DNA from: the human T2T-CHM13v2.0 reference genome, Homo sapiens
NCBI RefSeq assembly: GCF_009914755.1
Contig: NC_060942.1
Length of the DNA: 64,000 bases
Strand: one strand, 5' to 3'
Made by a program: the position numbers and the translations under genes. This document shows positions 1-11,444 of this stretch, one piece after another. The stretch's first letter is position 1. Every line of letters begins with the position of its first letter. The notes under the pieces are model-generated. The model had not been told where the DNA came from. It made no database searches and was given only the letters and a program-made list of their open reading frames with translations.

Positions 1-545
1 AAAGAAGACAGTGAGGAGAGTCATAGTATTTATTGTTAGCAGAGTTCTTCATTTTACAGCTGTGAAAACAAATATGGAGAGGTGAAATATTTCATGAGTA
101 AAAGTAGTGATGCTTAGCATTTTCTTTCTTTTTTGAAGACTAAAAACCTTTGATTCAGGGTCAGAAGAACTAGATAACTGTTTTAAGCCTCTCCACAAGA
201 TATTCTACAGTTATCATCTTTTTCACCTTACCTGCTAACATTCAGGTAAATAGCGGTAAAATTAAAGGCCAATACTATGGAAGATAGTGACTAAACATTT
301 CTAGAGTGTTATATAATGTTACAGTTTTCTTTAATTTAAATATGCACACATCCATGTAAACCACACTGTACAATCCCATTATGTGTTCAGGTGGGTTTTA
401 GGTGACCTTTCCAGATATTTTCTTCCTTTGAAGGAAGTTTTTGTTGTTGTTGTTATTATGAAGCATAGCCTACATTTTATTACCAGTTCTTTTCTTTTCT
501 GAAGGATAAGAAATTTAATACCAAGAGACCATAATAAGTAAAATT

Positions 546-551
546 TTTATT
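546..551 (-). terminator. Candidate poly(A) signal AATAAA of the miR-1-2/miR-133a-1 host transcript
   Basis: TTTATT on + at 546-551, ~200 nt past the miR-133a-1 hairpin in the minus direction. Usage is inferred. Confidence 0.45.
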
Positions 552-745
552 TGAAATCCTTAAGTCATCCATACATTTTTCATAAAGCTTTTTATAAACA
601 TCTTTAACCATTCTAGCTTTTCCAGGTAGAATTAACAGTAACAAGTTATTTGATTATAATCACAGTCTGCATAATGTAAATAAGTTGAAATTAGTTGGCA
701 AGTAATTGATATTCACAAATGAAAACGTTGGTTGTCCCGTAGTAA

Positions 746-833
746 TCAATGCATAGCTACAGCTGGTTGAAGGGGACCAAATCCATTGAAGAGGCGATTT
801 GGTTCCATTTTACCAGCTCTAGCAAAGCATTGT
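746..833 (-). ncRNA. MIR133A1: pre-miR-133a-1 hairpin
   Basis: Reverse complement of 760-781 is UUUGGUCCCCUUCAACCAGCUG (miR-133a-3p); 797-818 gives AGCUGGUAAAAUGGAACCAAAU (5p). Location in a MIB1 intron next to miR-1-2 identifies the -1 locus. Confidence 0.98.
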
Positions 834-1390
834 AGTGCTGCTAGTTTGGAATCCAAAACAGTTAAATGCTTTTCATTGGTAAAATTACAGTCATGGACCT
901 TCTACAAGTGTTAGAAATTATCATACCAATGCTTCAGTCACTGAATGTCAAATTTTCCATTTTGAAGTCACTTTCCTACTGTTTTCCTGCGCTTAATGGT
1001 TTAAAAATCTTTTCCTTTTAACACATTACTGCATTAAGGAATGATCAATGTACGTCTTTGTTTTCAACATCTTTGCTTCTTTTTCTTTTTCTAATCTTGT
1101 CCACAGCCGAAGTCTTTGCTTAATTCTTACATGTAGACAATAAGCTATTTCAAAACCAATAGTATTTAAAGGAACAAATAGACCTTGATGTATTTTAGAG
1201 TAATGTTTTCCATTTATCTCTAGGCAGCAAACCAGATAAATAGTTAAGCTAAAAGGTTGGGGAAGAGTTCAGTTAGTCACCCCCTTCTACTGCCACTGCT
1301 TCTTTTAGCATTATAGCTGAGGGCTAATAGCAAATTGTTGATGGGTGTAGGAATATCAGTGGCCTTAAGAAAGTACCTCTGCCCTTTGAT

Positions 1391-1410
1391 TTATAAATAG
1401 ATCACATGTG
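1391..1410. promoter_or_regulatory. Consensus MEF2 site with adjacent E-box between the two miRNAs
   Basis: TTATAAATAG (1391-1400) fits YTAW4TAR; CACATGTG follows at 1403-1410. Confidence 0.35.
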
Positions 1411-1980
1411 TATTCAGTGTATTGCTTGGACTTGTGTCGAAAGGAACTACCATGCATGCCAGTTTTTCTTTGTTTTTGCTTACGTGGTGTTACTAATCAT
1501 AGCTTAGTAATTTAACCCTTTTAAAGGTCTATTTCCTTGACTAAGTTCTTTGTCATTTTGGGTACAGATTGCCAAGTTACTTCTCATTATCGCCTTAGTA
1601 ATACATGGTGGTTAGTTACAATCCATGGATACAAGTATTAAAATCTATTGTGTGGATAATACTTGAAAAATCAGAGTAAATTTTTGTCATAATGTGGTTT
1701 TACTGTTGATTTCAATGTCTTGAGAGGGGTGTCTTCTTGCATAAAATAAAAGTTTGATAAATTATAATTTGCCTATAAAGTTAAGTGCTCTCAGAGAAAT
1801 ATAGAGTAGAGAAATATTCTTTACAGTTACTATTTTAAACTGAGAGGTCAACGCTAATTCAGGCAGTATGCAAATGACTCTTACACTAAGTATATTCTGC
1901 GTCTGTTGGTTGGTAAGTATCATACTGCTGGTGAAATTAACTACAATTCTTTTTCATCATTTTTTCTAGTAGAAGTGAAA

Positions 1981-2280
1981 CAGGTGTTAAACTGCCTAAA
2001 CTTAAGTGCTGAAGATAGCAATAATACTGGCTTCTATTTTTACTAGTTATATGGGAGCTGTTTAGCAGATCCAGTTGCTCAAGTGTGCTTTTGGATGGCA
2101 GTTCAGTTTCATATACTGGCCATATCGGGGCAAGGAGAGGCCATGGGAAAAAAATAGTACAGCATTTGATAATGTCAGCATCTGTTATCCCTGTCAGGGA
2201 GACAGTTGAAATGTTTGAGTTATACCAGTGTCAGCAGATGCCCAGAGTTTAATATGTACTCAGTTAAAAATGAACAGCTG
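1981..2280. promoter_or_regulatory. Candidate intragenic muscle enhancer (E-box cluster plus MEF2-like site)
   Basis: CAGGTG 1981, CTATTTTTAC 2034-2043, several CAGTTG/CATCTG/CAGATG, and CAGCTG 2275. A MEF2-dependent enhancer between miR-1-2 and miR-133a-1 is established in mouse; its exact position here is inferred. Confidence 0.45.
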
Positions 2281-4051
2281 ATCTAAGTGATAGATGTGAC
2301 ATTTTAGAGTGATTGAAAATACTCTTAGATAAGTTAAACTCGCAAGCACCAGAATCAGCATATAATTTTACTTTTAAAAATGAATAGCCTGTCATTTTAT
2401 TTTCTAAGGATTATTTATATAGTCTTAATATTATAGCAAAGAGAGTCTTAGTTGCTAGGATGTTTGAGAAGGATTATTAAACAACTTATATACCTATAGA
2501 ATGACCAATATAACTGTTTATTATAAAACACAAGTAGAGTAATAAGCTTTGAGTATTTTTATAGAAGAACCTCTACTTTTGAGGTATATATTTTGAGTTC
2601 TTGGTATTTAGGACCTATACAGGTAAACTTACCAAATAGAACATGAATCATTGCCATTCTGTTTTGTGGATGATCAGAAGGGCTATGCTTATGTGAGTTA
2701 AGCTTTGAACTAATTTCTTTGAAAGTGTAGAATTTTAAAATTATGTGCCTTTTATAATTTCCAGTAAACATGCAGTAACACATATGATGCCATGTGTAAG
2801 TCATTCTCATTCTTTATAATCTGATAAAATGAAAATCATCTTTGTATTAACTAGTCTTATTAAACAGAAAATGAACTATAGTTAAACTTAGTCATTTCCA
2901 TTCAATTTCTGATACAAAAAATTTAAAATATTATGCTTTTATACATGTGTAAATATTTCAGTTGAAATAATACTTTTAGTAAGAAATGGTTAGAATATGT
3001 GAATATTACTCTTATTTTCTAACTTTGTCATTAGTAGCTTAAAACAGGTACTGCTTATAAATTTTGCTAAGAGCATTATTTGGAATTTTTTATAAATAAT
3101 ATACAAACTGTGTGAAATAAAAGTATTTTGATATTTCTAAACAATGGATTGATCAAGTTTAGAGAAATTGAATTGTAATTGCATAGTACAATAAAAACAG
3201 TTCTTCGATCTGTATAAATTGGTTCTTGACTATAGTGCTTTCATTTTACATGCCCTCTTTGGAGAAAGCAAATTCGAAGATAATACAGATAAATTAATTT
3301 CTTTTAAATATTTGGTAGTCTGTTACCAATATACCCTGCTGACTTACAGCTGTGGACCAGAATTTTGTCATTTTTCATGCTTAAATCTTACATTTTAATT
3401 AATTTTAAGTTTTAACTTCACATTTAAAGTAGAGATTTGGGTTAAGACCCTGATAAACTTGAGAAGGAAGGACAAGGGCCACTATGTTTGTAGCTGTCAA
3501 AAAAGAAAGCCTTTTTAAAACAACAAAACTTTTGGTCAGAAATTCCTCTAATATTAATTATACATTTATCAAAATGAGAAGAAATAGCTTATTATGTGAA
3601 TGAAGCCAGCTCTTAGTATCTTATTTTTCTGTACAAATCAGTGAGCCCTACTAATGAGATATACTTAAGATTAAATTGTGGAGACAGAAAATAGGTCATG
3701 TGTATTCCTCATTCTTTTGTGCTAGTAATACTATTTTCCCTTTTGCAGTCAAATTTTAATAATGAGAGTGCCTAATTTAAAAATGTAAGATGTCTGTTTT
3801 AAACTTAGATGATTTAAAAGGAGTTTCATGATAATTGAAATCTACTTCACTGGATCTTCTTTTCCTTCATGAAATAAAAACCTTAGGGATAGTTTCTATC
3901 TATCAGTAGTAGATAACCTTTTTTTTTTGGTGTTAGTATTGCCAAAGGTCATCTGTTCATGACTAGGTTAATTTACCATATGACGGTCATTCACGTAGAA
4001 AGAAGCAAGAGCTTCTTTTAGCTCAGTTTAATTCTCTCTTGGTGGTTTATT

Positions 4052-4136
4052 GCCTACCAAAAATACATACTTCTTTACATTCCATAGCATTGTATGTTCA
4101 TATGGGTACATAAAGAAGTATGTACTCTGAGTAGGT
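4052..4136 (-). ncRNA. MIR1-2: pre-miR-1-2 hairpin
   Basis: Reverse complement of 4063-4084 is UGGAAUGUAAAGAAGUAUGUAU (miR-1-3p). The complementary arm TAAAGAAGTATGTA lies at 4111-4124. It is 3.3 kb upstream of miR-133a-1. Confidence 0.98.
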
Positions 4137-6444
4137 ATTACTAAGTTGTTAGCTGTAAAAACATGAAATATTTTATTTTCTTATTTGTTAGTGAAACATT
4201 CAGCTTACTAATGTAGAGCAATGGTAAATCATTTGCAGAGACTAATTTATCGAAGACTAAATTTTGTAACAAGTTTACCTGAAGCATGGCATTAATGGTT
4301 CCATATTCTTGGTGGACATAGACATTCCTAAGCATTTGACCAGTTATCTGTTGAACTTTGTCCTGGTTTGATTCTTTTTGCAAGAGATTCAAAGAATCAG
4401 TGTAGTGTTACAGAGTGTATTTCGGAAACTTAAGATCAGCCTAGTGTTTCTTCAGTCTTCAGAGTGAATTTCTTCTTTTTTTGTAGTCTGCTTCTAGATC
4501 CTACAGGTAGATAGTAATTAATTAAATTCAATTTTTTTTTTACAAACTAGATATCTTACTCAAAACCTAACAAATTAACCAATAAGTATTTCTGATATTG
4601 ACTCTAGAAGTTGAAACAACAAGGAGAAAAACCAGGATGAGTGTGGGTGAATTGAACTTTTTTAAAGATTATGAATTTTTGTTAGTGTTTTATAAGGTCA
4701 CAGATAAGAACTCGTGATCATTTGAAAATTTGTCATTCTTTTTTCTTTATTAGTTCCTTACCTGAAGTTTGCACTTTGATGCTTCTCTTTGGGTTAAATA
4801 CAAATATGAGTTGAATACAAATTCAAATAGATGTAGAAATATCTAATTTTGGTGAGTTTAAGTTGTTTTGATTCTTTAATCTTTTTAGTATAAAGGATAA
4901 CTGTCAGAATCGTCAACTTTTAGAAAGTATCACTTCAAAGAACTGAAAGGTTTTAGTCTGTGAGCACCTGGGTTTTATTTACCTTGATAGTTTAGAATGA
5001 AAAGAAATTATAGTTGGTAAGTAGCCTTCAGTTATTGTGGTATTAGAAGGTTAATTTAAAACCTCAAGAAATTTTCAGATTTGTCAAAGGAGGAAAAAAA
5101 AGGGCAGGGATAGTAGAATTTCTGCAGCTTGTGATAAAAAGCTAGTGCAGCTTATAGAGAGCAAATCAGAATGTAGCAGTAGATAGCCCAGCACTACAGC
5201 AGTTTCAGCAATGCAGCATTATTACACCATGCACGTTCTGATTTATTTTTGTGGCCAATTATTAGTAAGCATTAAAAAGTATTTTATGATCTGCCAAGTT
5301 TCTTGGTTGACTAAACCTTGAAATAGAAGCTAATAGTTTTAGAAAATAAGTATACTTTGGAAGCAGGATGTGACTTACTAGAGATGCAAAATCATCACTT
5401 AATCTGAAACAATAATGACTAAATCTTTAATAATGTAAATGACAATAATGTATTTGTACATTTTTAAGATAAAAAGTTACTGCCATAGTATCTGAACAAT
5501 ATTCCTTTTTACACTACATTAGCTCTTAACTTGAATTGTGAAATTAGGCTATGGTTAGATAGAATTTAATTTAACAATGAGAACATATATTGAGTCAATA
5601 ATAGGTAAGCATGCAGAAAGTCATAAGCATCCTTAAAAGTACAGGCCTTATGGTGCTCTGTTACCTGTAAGCTTAGTGTCATGCAGCATTTGCAGCAGGA
5701 AGAAAGGTAGTAACCTAGAGAATCACATCAACAGCAGCCATCTCATCTTGATTGTTCGTTCACTCTATTTGCTGATTCAGCATTTCTTTTCATGAGCCCG
5801 GTGAAGGAAGGGGATGTATCAGTGAACACAGAACCTCACCTTTTAAGATAAATTTGAAAAACAAACGAGCAAACAAAAAACAAGCTTACTTTTCCCTCTC
5901 CTCCCCTCTTCCCTTTACCAAAAACAAAAACAAAAACAAAAACCACCAACAAAAACAACTCTAAAATTGAATCAGTGTTGGCCATTTGATTTGGAATGTC
6001 ATATAACAGTCTTGCACAGTTATATAGGGAAAGTTAAGCAATCAAAAAAGGTTGCTACAAAGGCCAAGAAAATGAACCTAGCTTGTCAGATGAAATGCTT
6101 CAGAAGAGGGGAAAAAGTTGCAGAAGTTAATTTTATAGTCTAAAAAAGACAAAAAAAAAAAAAAACAAAAACAGAACCCAAAACACACCTTACTCCCCCC
6201 AAATAACTGTAAACATTCACCCTGTTTTTCTTTGCCCTCCAGAATACATTGGGTTCTTCTGACTTCTTAGGAAATAGTCTGCATCTTTCTTGCTTTTAGA
6301 TTTTTTTTTTTTTTTTTTTGGTTTTTAGTTTCCAGGATTAAATAGTAGAGCTGTAGTGAAGCTACCTTGTCACATCCAGAGGTCAAGTCTGCAAGCGAGG
6401 TCAGGACTTCCACATGGTCACTACGAGGCTAACTTATATTCTTC

Positions 6445-6740
6445 CTCAGTGACCACTGGCTAAACTGTTACAGCTTTATAGGCAGCTAAGCATTTGAAAC
6501 ATGCACTCCCAGGCAAACAGGCTCTCTTGTGCCTCTCTCTTCCCTGACCATATTTAGTCAACCATAGCAAAAAATAGCCTCTCAGCTGTCGATTGTCGAT
6601 CCAAAAGCTGAGGAAGCCTCAATCTTGCTTTCTGCCTATTGATTGTTCATCCTGCGGTCCAAACACTGCTTAGCCATTTGTCCTGCCCCCCACTTTTTTT
6701 TTTTTGAGGGGGGGTAAGCACTGCCAAATAAAGCGGTCTC
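6445..6740 (-). promoter_or_regulatory. Muscle-type promoter of the miR-1-2/133a-1 cluster
   Basis: Minus-strand TATAAAG at 6480-6474; CArG-like CCATATTTAG 6548-6557 and CCAAATAAAG 6724-6733; MEF2-like CAAAAAATAG 6568-6577; E-box CAGCTG 6583-6588. Confidence 0.7.
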
Positions 6741-7959
6741 TCATGTTTCCACTTACATTTCCCAGATTTTCACTGAGCTTGCGCTGAGACTAGGAAAGCC
6801 TGATGCACTGTCACTATACTTAGAAGCACTGCAGAGAAAAAAGGAAAGAGGAAAAAAATTACCATGGCTAGTAGCAAGACAATCTTTAGACAGTTATGGA
6901 ACAAGTGAAGTCCCTCTGCTGCCAAAATACATTTTATAACCTGATTTTTTGATTGATAAAAAATGTTATGGATGGTGATATGTTACATATCTAAAGGCCT
7001 GAAAGGATTTTGTAGGGTTATCTTTAGAGCTAGTTGTTGCCATATACATGCTTTTAAAGTTTATTGAATGGAAAATGTATAGAAATGGTAGGTAAGACCT
7101 GTATATTGGTGGTGGAGAGACATCATCAAGGGAGAAGAAAGTAGTATGTAAATGAAATCTTAGAAGTGCTACTTAAAACAATTCACTGTCAATTTCAGTT
7201 AATTTTTTTTATAATGCTTTGGTAAAAAACAGGGTCCAGTATGCTTTTGAGTAATTATACAAGTATTCAGATGCATTTTATTATGAATTCTACTTTATAT
7301 TCAAATGTGTAGTGTTTTTGCTGTCCCTTCTACATTGTCATGTTTCTCTAATTTTCTGAAGTGACTTTTAGGCATGATCATTGCACACTTTACACAGATT
7401 GAAATAGTCATTAACCTGTCTATAACTCTATTACATAGTATGTGACTCAGAGGTAAAAATACTTTTGTTTTAAATTTTAATAGCATATTCACAATAGATT
7501 TTGATACTGAAATTTTTTTAATCAAAGAGAAAAAATATTAAAACATGAAGTCCAGTAAACCTGTGGAGATATAGTTTAAGATCTCACATAAAAATGCAGA
7601 AGAGAAACCAGCTGTACCTTGTTTTTTAATCCAAATATGTCCTCTTAAGAAACAAGAAAAACTATTACGAGTTTTCTGAGCTTACTCACCTACGGAAGTT
7701 TGTCCTTCACATTCTTGTTGTCTTTAGCATTTAATATCATAGCAGTTTAATTATTTTGAATGTCTGTTTTAAAACAGTGGCATAAGGAATACTTCTTTAG
7801 ATATTGGGCAATTTTAAACAGCTTTCCTAGATATTGAAATAATTTTACTCATATTATGAGAAGATGACATGTCTCAGAGTATAAAGTAGGTTAATTTTCA
7901 GTTTTCTCAAGTACCCCATTTTGTTAATGATTTTGTAGCAGTGAAAGTACTTATTTTTT

Positions 7960-8212
7960 AAGCAAACACTTACATAATGTGTTATGTGCCAGGTTCTCTT
8001 TCTAAGCCCTTTATAAATATTAACTCATTTAATTTTCATAACAACCCTATAAAGTAGGATTTGTGATTCTTCTCACATTTTACAGATGAGGAAACTGAGG
8101 CACAGAAGTTAAGTAATCTGCTGAAGTCACTAGCCATTGTGGCTAGAGCCAGAATTTGAACTCAGATAATTTGGTTTCAGACTGGGAGCTCTTCACCACT
8201 ATGCCACATTGC
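7960..8212 (+). mobile_element. MIR SINE
   Basis: MIR core ATTTTACAGATGAGGAAACTGAGGCACAGAAGTTAAGTAA at ~8077-8117. Confidence 0.85.
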
Positions 8213-8339
8213 TCCTCAGATTTGTGATAATGAAATGAGTTAGGAAATTATTCCTCTTGGGAACAAAACCATGCATCAAATATATATTGCCAATATCTTT
8301 GCCTCAGTATATTCAGAAAGATGATTATTTGATTATTTG

Positions 8340-8860
8340 TTTATTCATTTCTTCCATTCAACAAAACTTTGAGTTCCCTATACTAGGTATACAAAGTATA
8401 CCTTTTTGATCAAAATGTGTTCAGTTTTATAGTAACCTGCTTTTAGCATGCCCAAAAGAACTACTGGCAGTTGATCAGTTTTCTTAATAAATTCCTTTTT
8501 GAATTCTTGACTAATCTACATTACCGATTTGAGGGATTGTTTATTAATTTACCAAGCATTTATTGAACACCTAATATGTGCTACAGTGCTATTCTAATGT
8601 TGTTTTGCCTTAAGTAGTACTAACATGTAAGGCCTCCACAGTTTAGCTAGTAGGGTTTGGGAAAATGTTGCCTGCCTCTGAAGAAAGATTGCAAAGCATG
8701 GCAGGCCCTAAAAATTGACCCAGTGCCACTTGAATACTGCATACCAGTGTAGACAGCTGCTTGTCCCCTCTGCTTCTTTATAACTCATTTGTTCATCATT
8801 CAGCAAACGTTTGAATACTATCATGTGCCAGGGATTATGGTAGGCACTGCTATTAGTTGT
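8340..8860 (-). mobile_element. L2 3'-end fragments
   Basis: CATTCAACAAA / CAAGCATTTATTGAACACCTAATATGTGC / CATTCAGCAAACGTTTGAATACTATCATGTGCCAGG motifs. Confidence 0.55.
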
Positions 8861-9419
8861 TCTGGAACTTAATGCTTCTTTGGCACTATTCACAAATGCC
8901 TGCTTAACTGGTAGTAAGATCTTATCTTTAAAACATCCATGTCCTTAACCTCTTGGAAAACAACCAAATTGAGCATTAGGGAAAATATCTCTAAATCTCA
9001 TATACTATGCTCCACAGGTGAGACAGTCTATTGGCTTAACAAAATTACTGAATTCTCGAGCTGGTAACACCTTTTTCCCAGTAACTCTACGGACCTCAGT
9101 GCTTGCAGCTTAACAGTCTCCTCTTAATTAACTAAAGTGCTGCAGGGAACAGCCTGCTGCTGTCCTTGTGGTTATAGTGTGTCTTCCTAAGATTGCCTGC
9201 CTCATGGAAAGAAAGGAGACAGGCTGCTCTGAACTACTGCTGTTGACGTGAGAGTGATGGGACCAGAAACTGTTTTGCTTAACTTTCCCTTAGCTTACCT
9301 TGCAGGCTGGGCCCAAAGATGACCTCTTTTCTTGAGGCCCTGTATTATTATTTTTTTTTGAGGGGGTTGGCAATTTTTGATTAAGATGAGAGGGCTGTAG
9401 GTCTCTGTTCAAATAATTT

Positions 9420-10060
9420 ATGTAGCACCCTCAAGGAGGTGAACTATAACTTCCCGCTCCTTAAGTGTGGGCTGTACATAGTCACTTCCTTCCTAAGAGC
9501 ATAGTTTAGAGATACGGAAATGTTTACATTGGAGAAACATGAAGAACACTACTTCAGCCAGATGATCAAGGTTAACTTCTAGAGTCATATGGCATGTTGA
9601 TAGTATGTACCCTTGGTGTGATGTGATTAAATGACACTTTATCTCTGTGGCCTTCTTACTAAGAACCAATAGCACAGCGTAATCATGAGAAAAGCATCAG
9701 ACAAATTCCAACTGAGGAATAGTCTACACAATATCCCATTAGTACTCTTCAAAACTGTCAGACTCATCAAAAACAAGGAAAGTCTGGGAAACTGTCACAA
9801 CCAAAGGGAGCTAAGGAGAAAAGACAACTAAATGTAAAGGGGTATTCTGGAACAGAGAAAGAACATTGAATAAAACTAAGGAAATCTCAGGTGTGGACTT
9901 TGGTTAATAACAGCGCTTCAACATTGGTTTATTGAAACAAATGTACCATACTATGTAAAATGTTAGTAACAAGGATGGAGGAGTATATGGGAACTCTGTA
10001 CTAGCTTTGCAATGTTCTATAAATCTAACATTGCTTTAAAATAGATATTTAAAAACAAAA
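9420..10060 (+). mobile_element. Old L1M (L1MC/ME-type) 3' end
   Basis: ACAAATGTACCATACTATGTAAAATGTTAG...GTATATGGGAACTCTGTACTA...AAATCTAA followed by an A-rich end. Confidence 0.7.
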
Positions 10061-10529
10061 CCAAAAAGTTCACCACTCCTGGCTAGTTGACCCTTGCATT
10101 AGTTTTGATTTGGGGCTATCTGCAGTGTTTCTCCACAGCTTAGTAAATCAAGTTGATTTTGCTATAATTGATTTCAAGAAAATATTATGTTTAGTCTCAT
10201 GTTCTTTTAAAAGTGTATTAAAGGCAGGGAAGTATATTTTAGAATTTTTTTTTTATCAAGACTAGTCTTATTTTTAAAAGATTTATTTAAAAAGAATATG
10301 TGAAAATTGTGAAATGGTCAGATTTGTGTGGGGTGGTATAGAGAATAGAGTGGAAAGGAGACTGGGGGCCATTGGGAAGAACAGTTGAGTTTTAAAAAGG
10401 AGAAACGGCAGGACAAATTGAATGTGGACATAAGAAGAGAGGAAAGAGTCTAGAATGATTCCCTGGTTTCTGAGTAGAATGGCTGATTAAATGGTAAGAA
10501 GGGTAATCAAGATCAAGAATATAGGAGGA

Positions 10530-10827
10530 GCCCGGGTGCGGTGGCTCACGCCTGTAATCCCAGCACTTTGGGAGGCCCAGGTGGGTGGATCACGAGGTCA
10601 GGAGTTCAAGACCGGCCTGGCCAAGATGGTGAAACCCTGTCTCTACTAAAAATACACATAAAAAATTAGCCGGGCCTGGTGGTGGGCACCTGTAATCCCA
10701 GCTACTCGGGAGGCTGAGGCAGAGAATTGCTTGAACCTGGGAGGTGGAGGTTGCAGTGAGCCGAGATTGAGCTACTGCACTCCAGCCTGGGCAACACAGC
10801 AAGACTCCATCTCAAGAAAAAAAAAAA
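10530..10827 (+). mobile_element. AluS
   Basis: Full dimeric Alu with A tail. Confidence 0.95.
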
Positions 10828-10844
10828 TATATATATATATATAT

Positions 10845-10906
<62 letters not shown>
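10828..10906. repeat. Compound (TA)n(CA)n microsatellite grown from the Alu tail
   Basis: Directly visible TA run followed by more than 20 CA units. Confidence 0.97.
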
Positions 10907-11024
10907 GAGGAGTATTGGGAAAGAGGAGGGGGCAAAGAGGTATTTGTACTATGTTTGAGTATACATCTATAATCTTAGAGTTGTCATAATACTATTATAT
11001 TGAAGAGTTTCAAAAACGTTTTTA

Positions 11025-11329
11025 GATTGGGCATGGTGGGTCATGCTTGTAATCCCAGCACTTTGGGAGGCTAAGGCAGGTGGATGGCTTAAGCTCAGGA
11101 GTTCAAGACCAGCCTGGGCTGTTACATGGTGAAACCCCGCCTCTACAAAAAATACAAAAAAATTAGCTGGGCTTGGTGGCATGTACCCATACTCCCAGCT
11201 ACTCGGGAGGCTAAGGCAGGAGGATCATTTGAGCCTGGGAGGTTGAAACTGCAGTGAACTCTGATCGTGCCACTAACTGCACGCTAGCCTGGGCAACAGA
11301 GAGAAACTTTGTCTCAGAAAAAAACAAAA
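11025..11329 (+). mobile_element. AluJ-like
   Basis: Diverged full Alu with GGAGGATCATTTGAGCCTGGGAGGTTGA in the right arm. Confidence 0.9.
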
Positions 11330-11331
11330 GG

Positions 11332-11444
11332 TTTTTTTTTTTTTTTTTTTGAGATGGAGTCTCGCTCAGTCGCCTGGGCTGGAGTGCAGTGGCTCGATCT
11401 CCACTCACTGCAAGCTCCACCTCCTGCGTTCACGCCATTCTCCT
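11332..11444 (-). mobile_element. 5'-truncated AluY-like fragment
   Basis: T tail then GAGATGGAGTCTCGCTC...GCAAGCTCCACCTCC...TTCACGCCATTCTCCT, flanked by an imperfect duplication AAAAACAAAA(G/A)GTTTT. Confidence 0.88.

Larger units (their letters stand above)
530..6455 (-). ncRNA. MIR133A1HG: Bicistronic pri-miRNA host transcript, antisense to the MIB1 intron (ends approximate)
   Basis: Both hairpins are on the minus strand, bracketed by TATAAA (6480-6475) and AATAAA (551-546). The host gene is known; boundaries are inferred from motifs. Confidence 0.7.

Noticed and set aside
2559-7525. Minus-strand ORFs in or near the miRNA host region as micropeptides
   Set aside because: No recognisable homology, AT-rich composition, and several have non-ATG starts.
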